From contig JAGBBH010000079.1 in assembly GCA_017938505.1 (NCBI GenBank), positions 1-51,576 on the forward strand: a DNA stretch of 51,576 bases. Direction: 5' to 3'. The translations under genes were made by a program, and so were the position numbers. The stretch comes from Clostridia bacterium (GTDB lineage Bacteria; Bacillota; Clostridia; Christensenellales; UBA1242). Shown here piece after piece: positions 43,508 to 51,576 of this stretch; the stretch's first letter is position 1; each line of letters opens with the position of its first letter. The notes under the pieces are model-generated. The model was given only the letters and a program-made list of their open reading frames with translations, was not told where the DNA came from and searched no databases.

Positions 43508-44404
43508 ATGAACTTTTTCTCAAAAGTTTGGCAAAAACTTAAAACCCCTAAATTGTGGCAACTTGTTTTATTTTATGTTTTCTTTGCAATTCTGATTGCT
43601 GGAACAATTGTCTTGGTTGTGCTTCAACAAAAGCAAACAATTTGGCACTTTATTTTGTATATTTTATCAGCAATTAGCCTTTCCTATTTTGTTTATTCAA
43701 TGATTTATATTTCTCCGACAATAAAAAGGAAAACCCTTGAATTTATGCAACGACACAAATTTACAAATTCTTTGCTGCAAGATTTTGGTTTTCGCACAAT
43801 CGTGTTTTCAACAATTTCTTTCGTCTTAAACCTTGCTTATGTCGCATTTGTCGCAACACTTGCAATTATGACCCGTTCTGCTTGGTATATTGCCATAACT
43901 TTCTATTATTTGGCACTTATCTTAATGAAAGGAAATGTTTTCTATTCCAAAAGAAAACACAACACAGAAAGAAAACAATCTCGTGCCTTTAGGTTTTGCG
44001 GCATTATGTTTATTTTTCTAACCATTGCGCTGTCTGGAATTATTACTCTCATTTATACAACCGAAATGCGTTTTGAATATGCCGGAATTTTGATTTATGC
44101 TGTTGCCGCCTACACATTTTATCGCCTTATTTTGTCTATCATCAACATAATCAAAGCAAAAAAACACGACAACCTCTATGTTCAAAGCATAAGACACATA
44201 AATCTTGCAAGTTCTCTCGTTTCTGTGGTCGTTTTGCAGGTGGCAATGTTTCAAGCATTTTCCCCCGAAAATAACACAAGTTTTGCAAATGCTTTAACTG
44301 GCGCTGTCGTAAGTTTGATTATTTTGACTTTAGGTATTATAATGATAGTGCAAGCAAATAAAAATTTATCAACTATGGAGATTAAAAATGAAGAACAAGA
44401 ATGA
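43508..44404 (+). CDS. Six-TM membrane protein, 298 aa
   Basis: It starts 4 nt after the kinase stop. It has six hydrophobic segments and no recognisable family. Confidence 0.6.
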   Translation: MNFFSKVWQKLKTPKLWQLVLFYVFFAILIAGTIVLVVLQQKQTIWHFILYILSAISLSYFVYSMIYISPTIKRKTLEFMQRHKFTNSLLQDFGFRTIVFSTISFVLNLAYVAFVATLAIMTRSAWYIAITFYYLALILMKGNVFYSKRKHNTERKQSRAFRFCGIMFIFLTIALSGIITLIYTTEMRFEYAGILIYAVAAYTFYRLILSIINIIKAKKHDNLYVQSIRHINLASSLVSVVVLQVAMFQAFSPENNTSFANALTGAVVSLIILTLGIIMIVQANKNLSTMEIKNEEQE

Positions 44405-44786
44405 ATTTGAATTTAAATATGTAGCACCCACTGCAACAGAAAGAAAGGAAATTGAAAGCATAAGAAATTCTTATTCTGCAAAAGCACCTGCCTCAAGCAC
44501 GAAACTTGAACGCTTAAGGAAACTTGACAGCATTGTTAAAAATGTTCCAGTCGCCTTTTCTTTGGCCACTGGAGTTTTCGGTCTTTTGCTTTTTGGCCTT
44601 GGACTTGCAATGGTTTTGGAATGGAATTTGCTTGCTTGGGGAATTGTCGTTGCTTGCATTGGTTGTGTTCCAATGTTTTTGGCATATCCTATCCATATTA
44701 AAATTTTTAAATCTCTCAAGGAAAAACACTCTGAAGAAATTTTGAAATTAAGCGATGAACTTTTAGGGGAAGAAAATGGAAAATAA
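44388..44786 (+). CDS. Small 2-TM hairpin membrane protein, 132 aa
   Basis: It overlaps the upstream gene by 17 nt and has a GGAG RBS. It is homologous by eye to the 47069-47431 product (L.KLD..VK.P..... G..G.L..G.G...AM ... SDELL). Confidence 0.6.
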   Translation: MKNKNEFEFKYVAPTATERKEIESIRNSYSAKAPASSTKLERLRKLDSIVKNVPVAFSLATGVFGLLLFGLGLAMVLEWNLLAWGIVVACIGCVPMFLAYPIHIKIFKSLKEKHSEEILKLSDELLGEENGK

Positions 44787-45312
44787 AGACAAAGACTTTT
44801 TGCATCTATATGTAAAAAGTGGAAAAACAAAAGAAATTATAAAACTTTACAAACTTTTCGGTTGGGAACTTTTAGAACAATCCGACAATAAAAACTATGA
44901 AGATATTGTCGATTTGTCTTTTTCTCGTCCACACCAAATTGCAAACAAAGACGAGCTACAATTATATCAAGTGCATTTGGAAGAAAACTTAAATAACTCC
45001 GCAAGAAACGAAAGACTCAAACATTCTAAAACAACTGCACTTGCTCTTGTTTTTGGTCCCATTGGTCTTGCACTTATAACTCTTGGTTTGTTGTTTTTCC
45101 TCAATGTCTTGCCCGTGCTTGGTCTTGCAGGAGGAATTGTTATGTCTATTGTCGGACTTACTTTGATTGTTATAGGTTCAATTTTCTTGCCAAAGTTATC
45201 TAAAAAGGAAAAGCAAATTTTTCAAGATAAACAAACAAATTTAAATCGCGAACTTATCAAGATTTGCAACAAGGTTCAAAGTCTAGTTGGAGGCGAAGAT
45301 GGAAAAGATTAG
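44776..45312 (+). CDS. Small 2-TM hairpin membrane protein, 178 aa
   Basis: It overlaps the upstream gene by 11 nt. It has a soluble N-terminal domain, then two adjacent TM segments and a short tail. Confidence 0.55.
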   Translation: MENKDKDFLHLYVKSGKTKEIIKLYKLFGWELLEQSDNKNYEDIVDLSFSRPHQIANKDELQLYQVHLEENLNNSARNERLKHSKTTALALVFGPIGLALITLGLLFFLNVLPVLGLAGGIVMSIVGLTLIVIGSIFLPKLSKKEKQIFQDKQTNLNRELIKICNKVQSLVGGEDGKD

Positions 45313-46891
45313 TAATGACAAAAATCGTGGTTATGGCAATCGTATAAAACAAAACGAACACATCTATGCTGTTAAACTCAAAACCGAATCAAACAGTCTT
45401 GGTATTTTAAAAACTCTGCTCGTACTTTCTTTAATCGCACTTCAAGGTTCTGTTTTGATTCTTTCATATCTGTTCTTTTTGCAAGTTTTTCAATGGTATA
45501 TCATTTTTTCAATTTCATTAACATTAATGACTTGCATCTATGTCTTGTCCAGCGATTTTCACGGTCAAGCAAAAGCAACTTGGATTTTCTTTTTGCTTTC
45601 CTGTTTCGGCTTTGGATATGCCTTCTATTTTATGTCCGATAAACATATTCTTTTTGCTCATTCCAAGAAAAAATATAAAACCATTTGGAGCAGAACTGAA
45701 AATCTGCAAAAGCAAATTGATTTGCAATCAATCTCAAACAGTGATGTTAGAACCTCTTGCAACCTGCTCTATAATGCAGGAAAATTCGTTGCACACTCAG
45801 ATTCAAAAACAACCTATTTTTCAAGCGGAGCAAAATTCTTTGATGATATGCTTGAAGCGTTGAAAAAAGCAGAAAAATTCGTTTTCATTGAATATTACAT
45901 CATCTCAACGGGCAGATTGCTTGAAAAGGTTTTGGATATTTTGAAAGAAAAAGCAAAAAATGGCGTTGATGTTAGAATCATTTATGACGATATGGGAAGC
46001 CACGGGACTTTGAAAAGAAAAACAAAAAAAGAAATTGCAAAATCCGGCATCAAGCTTCAAGACTTCAACCGTCTTATACCAATTTTCAACATTGCACTCA
46101 ATCTTAGAGACCACCGCAAGATTGTTGTTATAGACGGAAAAATTTCTTACACTGGCGGAACAAACCTTGCAGATGAATATGTAAATGAAAAGCGTATGCA
46201 CGGTTATTGGAAAGATGAAGGAATTAAAATTGAAGGCCCCGCAACCGACAATCTTACGATAGCGTTTTTAACTCAATGGGAATTTATCACAAAACAACAA
46301 TCAGAGTTTGAAAAATTTATCAACCTTGCAACACCTGTGCAAAGTGATGGGGTTGTTGTGCCTTTCGTAAGTGGTCCGAACTTCAAAACTTCCATTGCTC
46401 AAAACATTTTTGCAAGCGAAATTGCAAATGCAAAAGAGAAACTTTACATTATGACGCCTTATTTCGTTCCAGACGAAACAATTTTAAATCTTCTAAGAAA
46501 CAAAGCGCAAAGTGGCGTTGATGTTAGAATTGTTTTACCTGATGTTCCTGACAAAAAGTTTGTCTATATCGTGTCGAGAAACAACGCAGAAAAACTTATG
46601 AAATATGGCGTAAAAGTTTATACAATGACACACAGTTTTGTCCACAGCAAAATTGTTTATTCTGAAAATTCTGCCGTTGTTGGTTCAATCAATATGGACC
46701 TTCGCAGTTTCTTTCAGCAATTTGAAAGTGCGGTGCTAACAAGTGAAGTTTCAACTCTTAATGAAATTGAAAAAGACTTCAACTTCACTTTCAATCATTC
46801 AAACTTAATTGTTAAGGAAAACAAAAAAAGAAGAAAACTTTCATTCAGACTTCTGGCAGGACTCTTTAACTTGGTATCTCCGTTTATGTAA
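45299..46891 (+). CDS. cls: Cardiolipin synthase (two HKD motifs)
   Basis: I prefer the start at ATG 45299, which has GGAGG upstream. There are two N-terminal TM segments. The HKD motifs are HRKIVVIDGKISYTGGTNLADEY and HSKIVYSENSAVVGSINMDLRS. Confidence 0.9.
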   Translation: MEKISNDKNRGYGNRIKQNEHIYAVKLKTESNSLGILKTLLVLSLIALQGSVLILSYLFFLQVFQWYIIFSISLTLMTCIYVLSSDFHGQAKATWIFFLLSCFGFGYAFYFMSDKHILFAHSKKKYKTIWSRTENLQKQIDLQSISNSDVRTSCNLLYNAGKFVAHSDSKTTYFSSGAKFFDDMLEALKKAEKFVFIEYYIISTGRLLEKVLDILKEKAKNGVDVRIIYDDMGSHGTLKRKTKKEIAKSGIKLQDFNRLIPIFNIALNLRDHRKIVVIDGKISYTGGTNLADEYVNEKRMHGYWKDEGIKIEGPATDNLTIAFLTQWEFITKQQSEFEKFINLATPVQSDGVVVPFVSGPNFKTSIAQNIFASEIANAKEKLYIMTPYFVPDETILNLLRNKAQSGVDVRIVLPDVPDKKFVYIVSRNNAEKLMKYGVKVYTMTHSFVHSKIVYSENSAVVGSINMDLRSFFQQFESAVLTSEVSTLNEIEKDFNFTFNHSNLIVKENKKRRKLSFRLLAGLFNLVSPFM

Positions 46892-46930
46892 ACCTTGTCC
46901 TTAAAACAAACATTTCATAAAACAACAATT

Positions 46931-46960
46931 GGAAACATTATTTGATGTTTCCTTTTTTTT
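46931..46960 (+). terminator. Rho-independent terminator of the TCS-cls operon
   Basis: Stem GGAAACAT/ATGTTTCC (8 bp) with a 6-nt loop, then T8. Confidence 0.8.
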
Positions 46961-47068
46961 GTTTACAATTCTTTAACAAAAAAATTACAAATCACAAAAA
47001 CCTCTTTGATAAAACAGCAATGCTTTTTGCGTATAATAGTTTTATCAAAATAAAGGAGGTAAAACAAA

Positions 47069-47431
47069 TTGACAGACAATTTGCAAAAGATTCAAGTTGA
47101 AAAAATCAAAAATCGTTATACTCACAAAGAAGTTCAAACAACGAAATTTGATGAACTCAAACAGCTTGACAAACAAGTCAAAACCCCAGCAATTGCTTAT
47201 GCCTACACTCGTGGAACAATTGGCACATTAATGCTTGGAACTGGTATGAGTTTGGCAATGAAAGTTATTGGTGAAACAACTGGTTGGCTTATTGGCGGGG
47301 TTGTCATTGGCGTTGTCGGAATGGCAATTATGGCAACGACTCACCTTGTGTTTAATGCAATTATGAAAAAAAGAAAAGCAAAATTTGCTGACACAATAAT
47401 TGCAAAAAGCAATGAACTGTTACAAAATTAG
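47069..47431 (+). CDS. Small 2-TM hairpin membrane protein (paralog of 44388-44786), 120 aa
   Basis: AAGGAGG RBS with a TTG start. It has the same architecture and conserved blocks as the 44388 product. Confidence 0.6.
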   Translation: MTDNLQKIQVEKIKNRYTHKEVQTTKFDELKQLDKQVKTPAIAYAYTRGTIGTLMLGTGMSLAMKVIGETTGWLIGGVVIGVVGMAIMATTHLVFNAIMKKRKAKFADTIIAKSNELLQN

Positions 47432-47509
47432 TTTTTAAATTGTTTTGGAAGTTTTTTCTACCGAAAAATCTTTCTAACAAAATCAAAAAGAATAAAGGAG
47501 AACAAAACT

Positions 47510-47836
47510 ATGGCAGAGAAAAAAGAAAATTTTATGAAGAGAGCCTTCAAGGATATGGCGAAAAGTGCAAAAGCACAAGCAAAAGTTGACAAAGCAAACT
47601 TGCAAGCAGTGAAAGCAGAAAGCAAGGCAAACTTTGAGGAAAACAGAGGGAAAAACACTCTTAAAAGAGCAAAAGAAAACTTCCGTAAATCTATGGAAGA
47701 TGCAAAAATGAGCCCTGCAGAAAGACAAGCTAAAATGCAAGAAGAAAGAGATGTTGCTCTTGCTGATGCACAAAAAAGAGAAGCGGAAGCAAAAGAAAGA
47801 ATTGCAAAAGCAAAAGCATATAGAAAAGATAAATAG
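47510..47836 (+). CDS. Lys/Ala/Glu-rich helical small protein, 108 aa
   Basis: AAAGGAGAA RBS and a terminator directly downstream. The composition is biased, and the antisense ORFs are judged spurious. Confidence 0.5.
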   Translation: MAEKKENFMKRAFKDMAKSAKAQAKVDKANLQAVKAESKANFEENRGKNTLKRAKENFRKSMEDAKMSPAERQAKMQEERDVALADAQKREAEAKERIAKAKAYRKDK

Positions 47837-47845
47837 TTTAACAAA

Positions 47846-47878
47846 AAGCACTTAAAATTCAAAATAAGTGCTTTTTTT
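47846..47878 (+). terminator. Rho-independent terminator
   Basis: Stem AAGCACTTA/TAAGTGCTT (9 bp), then T6. Confidence 0.75.
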
Positions 47879-47989
47879 GTTGCAAATTGACAAAAATTTA
47901 TCGAAAAAAACTAAATTTTGTTTGTTAAACATAACAATATTATGATATTATAATCATAGGTAATCACTTTTTGTTATAAGGAGGTTTAA

Positions 47990-48511
47990 GTGGAAAACGA
48001 ACAAACAACATCTCAAGAAACTCAACAAGAAGAAAATTCACAAAACCAAGTTTTGCCTGAACAACCAAAAAAGTTTGCTCCGCCTGCAGGAATTATGGCT
48101 AAAATCTATTGCAACCACTTTGGCATAATTCTTTCAAATTTGGCAATCGTTGCTTGTTGTTTTGCAGCATTCTCTTTCATTGGTGTTATTTTATCAGCAT
48201 TGCTCCCTGTGTTTTACTACATTTTTCTTCTTGCGCTGACAGTGTTGTCTTGGGGAGCAACATTTGCATACATTCCAAACTTTACATCTTGGTGGCACTT
48301 CGATACAAATATATCGGAAAGTCTCACTTTTGCTTTTGCCAATGCAATTCCATATTTGTCAGCAATTGTTTTTGCATCAGCAATCGCTTCAATTGTTTTG
48401 CTTGTTCTTGACAAAAACAACAGACATTGGGGAAGATTTGCAACATCAATTGTGCTGATGGTAATTTCTGCCTTTATCGTCTTGTTTTGGGCTTTAGGAG
48501 GAACAAAATGA
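47990..48511 (+). CDS. Membrane protein (4 TM), 173 aa
   Basis: AAGGAGG RBS with a GTG start. The N-terminus is Q/E-rich and is followed by four hydrophobic segments. Confidence 0.55.
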   Translation: MENEQTTSQETQQEENSQNQVLPEQPKKFAPPAGIMAKIYCNHFGIILSNLAIVACCFAAFSFIGVILSALLPVFYYIFLLALTVLSWGATFAYIPNFTSWWHFDTNISESLTFAFANAIPYLSAIVFASAIASIVLLVLDKNNRHWGRFATSIVLMVISAFIVLFWALGGTK

Positions 48512-49017
48512 AAAATGTAAATTTAAAAATTAAGGGTATCGGTCGTCTTAAACCTGTCGTTTGTGTAGATGGAAAACAATTAAAATTCAAAAAAAATAAT
48601 TTTGGTTCTTATGAAAAAACCATTTCAACGAACAAAGACAAAATGGAAATTGTTGTTTATAGATATCTTGAAATTAACGGCAGACTGTGGTGGCTGATTT
48701 CAATCTTACAATTCCTCATAAGCATCTTTGGAATTCTTGACACAATGAAAGAAAAAGGTTGCGTAATTATCGACTGCAAATTGCTCGTTGATTTGAACAG
48801 TTCAGAAAATTGCAATATAGACTTGGCTATTGATGAAAATTCCGAAAATGGAAAGGCGGTTAATGTTGCAACTGAACTTGCAGTGGAGGAGATTGTCAAC
48901 CGTTCTTATGTCGATGAAAAAGCAAAAAAACGCTTAAAGATTATGAAGTTTGTCAAACTTTTTGTGTTTATTGCAAGCGTCATCGGCTTAATCTTCTTGA
49001 TTAGAGCATTGGTATAA
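48508..49017 (+). CDS. Membrane protein (2 TM), 169 aa
   Basis: The start was moved to ATG 48508, which has AGGAGGAA upstream and overlaps the previous stop as ATGA. No family recognised. Confidence 0.5.
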   Translation: MKNVNLKIKGIGRLKPVVCVDGKQLKFKKNNFGSYEKTISTNKDKMEIVVYRYLEINGRLWWLISILQFLISIFGILDTMKEKGCVIIDCKLLVDLNSSENCNIDLAIDENSENGKAVNVATELAVEEIVNRSYVDEKAKKRLKIMKFVKLFVFIASVIGLIFLIRALV

Positions 49018-49065
49018 TATAAAATTAATTTCAGTTTAAAACAATAAATTTTTAGGAGAAAAATT

Positions 49066-49554
49066 ATGAAAGTATTTATTAAAAACAAAATTTTTACGAT
49101 TGGTGGAAGTTCTGAAATTTTAGATGAAAATCAACAACCTCTTTACAAGGTTAAGGGAAAAATTTTCAGTCCTACAAAAAAGAAACTCATTTATGACAAA
49201 GAAGGAAAACTTATTTACATTGTCCGAAACAAATTCTGGAAAATGTTTGTTCATAAAGCGTTGATTTTAGATGCAAACAAAAACAAAATTGCAACTGTAA
49301 AAGAAAAATATTTGTCTCTTAGAGGCGTTTATTACATTGAAGATTATCCTGAAGAAATCAAAATCGAAGGAAAATTTTTCAGTTTTGAAAGTGCAATTTT
49401 GAAAAATGGCGAACCTTGTGCAAAAATCAGACGACAACTCAGTCTTTTTAGAGACCGTTTCTCGCTAGAAGCGGAAGAAAAAGATATCCCATTCCTTTGT
49501 GCGTTAACAATTGCGATTGACAACATTACTGACAGGAAGCGTAAAGAAGATTAA
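49066..49554 (+). CDS. LURP-one-related / YxjI-family (tubby C-terminal-like fold) protein, 162 aa
   Basis: AGGAGAA RBS. The pattern MKVFIKNKIFTIGGSSEILDEN..PLYKVKGK......KKLIYD..GK.I..V..K matches the YxjI/DUF567 family. Confidence 0.7.
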   Translation: MKVFIKNKIFTIGGSSEILDENQQPLYKVKGKIFSPTKKKLIYDKEGKLIYIVRNKFWKMFVHKALILDANKNKIATVKEKYLSLRGVYYIEDYPEEIKIEGKFFSFESAILKNGEPCAKIRRQLSLFRDRFSLEAEEKDIPFLCALTIAIDNITDRKRKED

Positions 49555-49637
49555 TAGTGCTACAGTTCACATAATGGAAAACAATATAATTTTAAAACTC
49601 AATCTTTTTTGGTTGGGTTTTTTTTTATGCGAAAAAC

Positions 49638-49667
49638 ATAAAAAAGAAGATGCTTTTCAACATCTTC
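49638..49667 (-). terminator. Rho-independent terminator of aspS-asnS
   Basis: On the minus strand, stem GAAGATG/CATCTTC (7 bp) has an 8-nt loop and is followed by TTTTTTAT. Confidence 0.65.
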
Positions 49668-49713
49668 CGTAAATGAATTAACCTTGAATTGAACCAACTG
49701 TTCTTGGGAAGAA

Positions 49714-51066
49714 TTAAACATCTCTGATGTTTGAAACCCCCGTTAAATACATAACAAGTCTTTCAAAACCAAGACCATAGCCCGAATGAACATTTGTTCC
49801 ATAACGACGAGTGTCAAGATACCAAGAATAATCTTCTTTATTCAAACCGAGTTCTTCAATTCTTTCAACAAGTTTTTCATAGCGTTCTTCTCTTTGACTT
49901 CCACCAATAAGTTCTCCAATTCCAGGAACAAGCAAGTCAACAGCACCAACAGTTTTGCCATCGTCATTTTGACGCATATAAAACGCCTTGATTTCTTTTG
50001 GATAATTCTTCAAGAAAACAGGTTTCTTGTAAACTTCTTCTGTGATATATCTTTCGTGTTCAGATTGCAAGTCAATCCCCCACTTAACAGGATAAACAAA
50101 ACGGTCTTTAACCTTTTCTAAAATTGCAATCGCTTCCGTATAGTCAAGCCTGATAAAATCATTTTCTACAATGTTTTTAAGTCTTTCAAGAAGCCCTGTG
50201 TCAACAAATTTATTCAGGAAAGCAAGTTCGTCAGCACACTCTTGCATTACATAAGATATGACATATTTTATCATCTCTTCTTCGTTGTCCATAAGTCCAT
50301 TAATGTCGCAAAAACAAATTTCTGGTTCCATCATCCAAAACTCTGCCGCATGGCGAGAAGTGTTTGAATTTTCTGCTCTGAAAGTTGGTCCAAAAGTGTA
50401 AGTTTTTCCAAATGCATGAGTCATTGTTTCTTCGTGAAGTTGTCCAGAAACGGTGAGGGAAACTTTTTTGCCAAAGAAGTCCTCTGAATAGTCAACTTTT
50501 CCATCTTTCATTGGGAGTTTGTTCATATCAAGCGTTGTAACCTGGAACATTTCTCCTGCGCCCTCGCAATCGTTTGCTGTGATAATTGGTGTATGCACAT
50601 ATACAAAATTTCTTTCATTGAAAAACTTGTGAATTGCAAATGCCGCAACAGAACGAATTCTAAACACTGCGTTAAACAAATTTCCTCTTGGTCTGATTGT
50701 TGGAATTGTTCGCAAAAACTCCACTGTGTGTCTTTTCTTTTGAAGTGGATAATCTGTTTCGCATGACCCCAAAATCTCAATTTCGGTTGCACTTATCTCA
50801 AATGGTTGTTGTGCTTGTGGCGTGAGAACAACTTTTCCTTTTACACAAAACGATGTCCCAACATTTTCTTTTACAACTTCTTCATAGTTTGCAACATTTT
50901 GTCTTTCAACAACAATTTGCACACTTTTGAAAGCTCCATCATTAAGTTCAACAAACGCAATGTTTTTTGAATCTCTGACTGTTCTTGCCCAACCACACAA
51001 TGTAATTTCCTTGTTCTCAAAATTTGCATAATTTTTATTTAAATCTCTAATTTCAACTCTTTTCAT
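49714..51066 (-). CDS. asnS: Asparagine--tRNA ligase (ends at an in-frame TAA eleven codons before the expected conserved C-terminus)
   Basis: N-terminal OB fold, class IIb motifs and motif 3 GYGLGFERLVMYLTGVSNIRDV. After the TAA, the same frame reads FFPRTVGSIQG then TAA (49678-49713), which matches the conserved IPFPRT tail. Confidence 0.85.
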   Translation of the reverse strand: MKRVEIRDLNKNYANFENKEITLCGWARTVRDSKNIAFVELNDGAFKSVQIVVERQNVANYEEVVKENVGTSFCVKGKVVLTPQAQQPFEISATEIEILGSCETDYPLQKKRHTVEFLRTIPTIRPRGNLFNAVFRIRSVAAFAIHKFFNERNFVYVHTPIITANDCEGAGEMFQVTTLDMNKLPMKDGKVDYSEDFFGKKVSLTVSGQLHEETMTHAFGKTYTFGPTFRAENSNTSRHAAEFWMMEPEICFCDINGLMDNEEEMIKYVISYVMQECADELAFLNKFVDTGLLERLKNIVENDFIRLDYTEAIAILEKVKDRFVYPVKWGIDLQSEHERYITEEVYKKPVFLKNYPKEIKAFYMRQNDDGKTVGAVDLLVPGIGELIGGSQREERYEKLVERIEELGLNKEDYSWYLDTRRYGTNVHSGYGLGFERLVMYLTGVSNIRDV

Positions 51067-51102
51067 TCAATCTTTCCTCTTAATTTTTCTTTGCATTTTT
51101 AA

Positions 51103-51576
51103 CTATGGTGTAAGTCTGTCTGGACCTCTAAACAAGAATTGTGTTTCTTTTAAAGAAGGAAGTCCTAAAAGAAGCATTGTCAATCTATCAACACCAATTG
51201 CAAAGCCTCCGTGTGGTGGAATTCCATATTTAAAGAATTGCAAATAAGTTTCAACATCTTTTGCAAGACCTTTTTCTTCTGCATTTTTGCAAATTTCTTC
51301 ATATCTATGTTCTCTTTGTGCTCCAGAAGTAATTTCAATGCCCTTCCAAATAAGGTCATAACCTTGCAAAATTCCGTTTTCTCTCATATGGTAGAAAGCT
51401 CTCTTTTCTGGCGGATAATCCGTAACAAACAAAAATTCGTGATTAAATTTGTCTTTTGCAAGTCTTTCACAAAGCCTTTCAGCTTCTGTTGTAAGGTCTG
51501 TTTTTTCACATTCAGGAACCTCAAAGCCATATCTTTCTTTTAATTCGTCATAGATATCTCTAAGTTTCATTTGTGG
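51103..51576 (-). CDS. aspS: Aspartate--tRNA ligase, archaeal/type-2 form, C-terminal part (5' end outside the window)
   Basis: Class II motifs are present: QREHRY and motif 3 PPHGGFAIGVDRLTMLLLG. The type-2 ending is F(L)FRGPDRLTP. The frame is open to the window edge. Confidence 0.8.
   Translation of the reverse strand, partial: PQMKLRDIYDELKERYGFEVPECEKTDLTTEAERLCERLAKDKFNHEFLFVTDYPPEKRAFYHMRENGILQGYDLIWKGIEITSGAQREHRYEEICKNAEEKGLAKDVETYLQFFKYGIPPHGGFAIGVDRLTMLLLGLPSLKETQFLFRGPDRLTP

Noticed and set aside
47458-47862. Two minus-strand ORFs (122-134 aa, rich in F/L/S/C) antisense to the Lys/Ala-rich ORF.
   Set aside because: The plus-strand ORF has an AAAGGAGAA RBS and is followed directly by a plus-strand terminator. 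The antisense ORFs have neither.
51067-51102. A T-box or other leader regulating asnS.
   Set aside because: The gap to aspS is only 36 nt and contains just an RBS. Any leader would lie upstream of aspS, outside the window.
1-51576. An alternative genetic code (TGA = Trp, as in Mollicutes), considered because of the low GC content and the DUF285 repeats.
   Set aside because: Conserved Trp residues are TGG, for example the WW of rpoD region 2 at ~14462-14467. TGA terminates the response-regulator gene (42453-42455) and the gene ending at 48511 at the expected protein ends. All long ORFs are intact under the standard code.

Overview
This is an AT-rich chromosomal segment (by eye about two-thirds A+T, not computed) from a low-GC Gram-positive (Bacillota-like) bacterium. 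It uses the standard code: conserved Trp is TGG, and TGA, TAA and TAG all terminate genes. I support about 45 CDS and one tRNA. I saw no rRNA, CRISPR, integrase or transposase.

Housekeeping backbone:
- dnaG-rpoD
- addB-addA
- a yqzL-like gene followed by recO
- a class V cysteine desulfurase next to a DUF3343 gene
- a CNNM/CorC transporter
- a PflX-type radical SAM gene
- two DegV genes
- an OmpR/histidine-kinase pair co-operonic with membrane proteins and cardiolipin synthase
- aspS (archaeal type, partial) followed by asnS

Unusual content:
1. Directly downstream of tRNA-Ser(CGA) lies about 9 kb of mostly separately transcribed nuclease/NTPase-type genes. These are a HEPN Rx4H protein plus NucS-like PD-(D/E)xK nuclease cassette, an orphan NUDIX-like gene, a PHP gene, a DUF4268-like gene, and an SF2 helicase with a C-terminal TM hairpin. 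It looks like a defence island but shows no mobility genes.
2. A 1557-aa BspA/DUF285-type LRR surface protein is separated from its signal-peptide leader by a G10 tract. This is a candidate phase switch, and it is out of frame in this assembly.
3. An 841-aa protein combines a 3-TM N-terminal domain, long coiled coils and six AT-hooks.
4. asnS carries an in-frame TAA eleven codons before its conserved C-terminal tail.
5. There is a 22-Cys small protein, a C1q/BclA-C-like protein, and a stand-alone Spo0A C-terminal domain.

All family assignments come from by-eye motif recognition. No searches were run.
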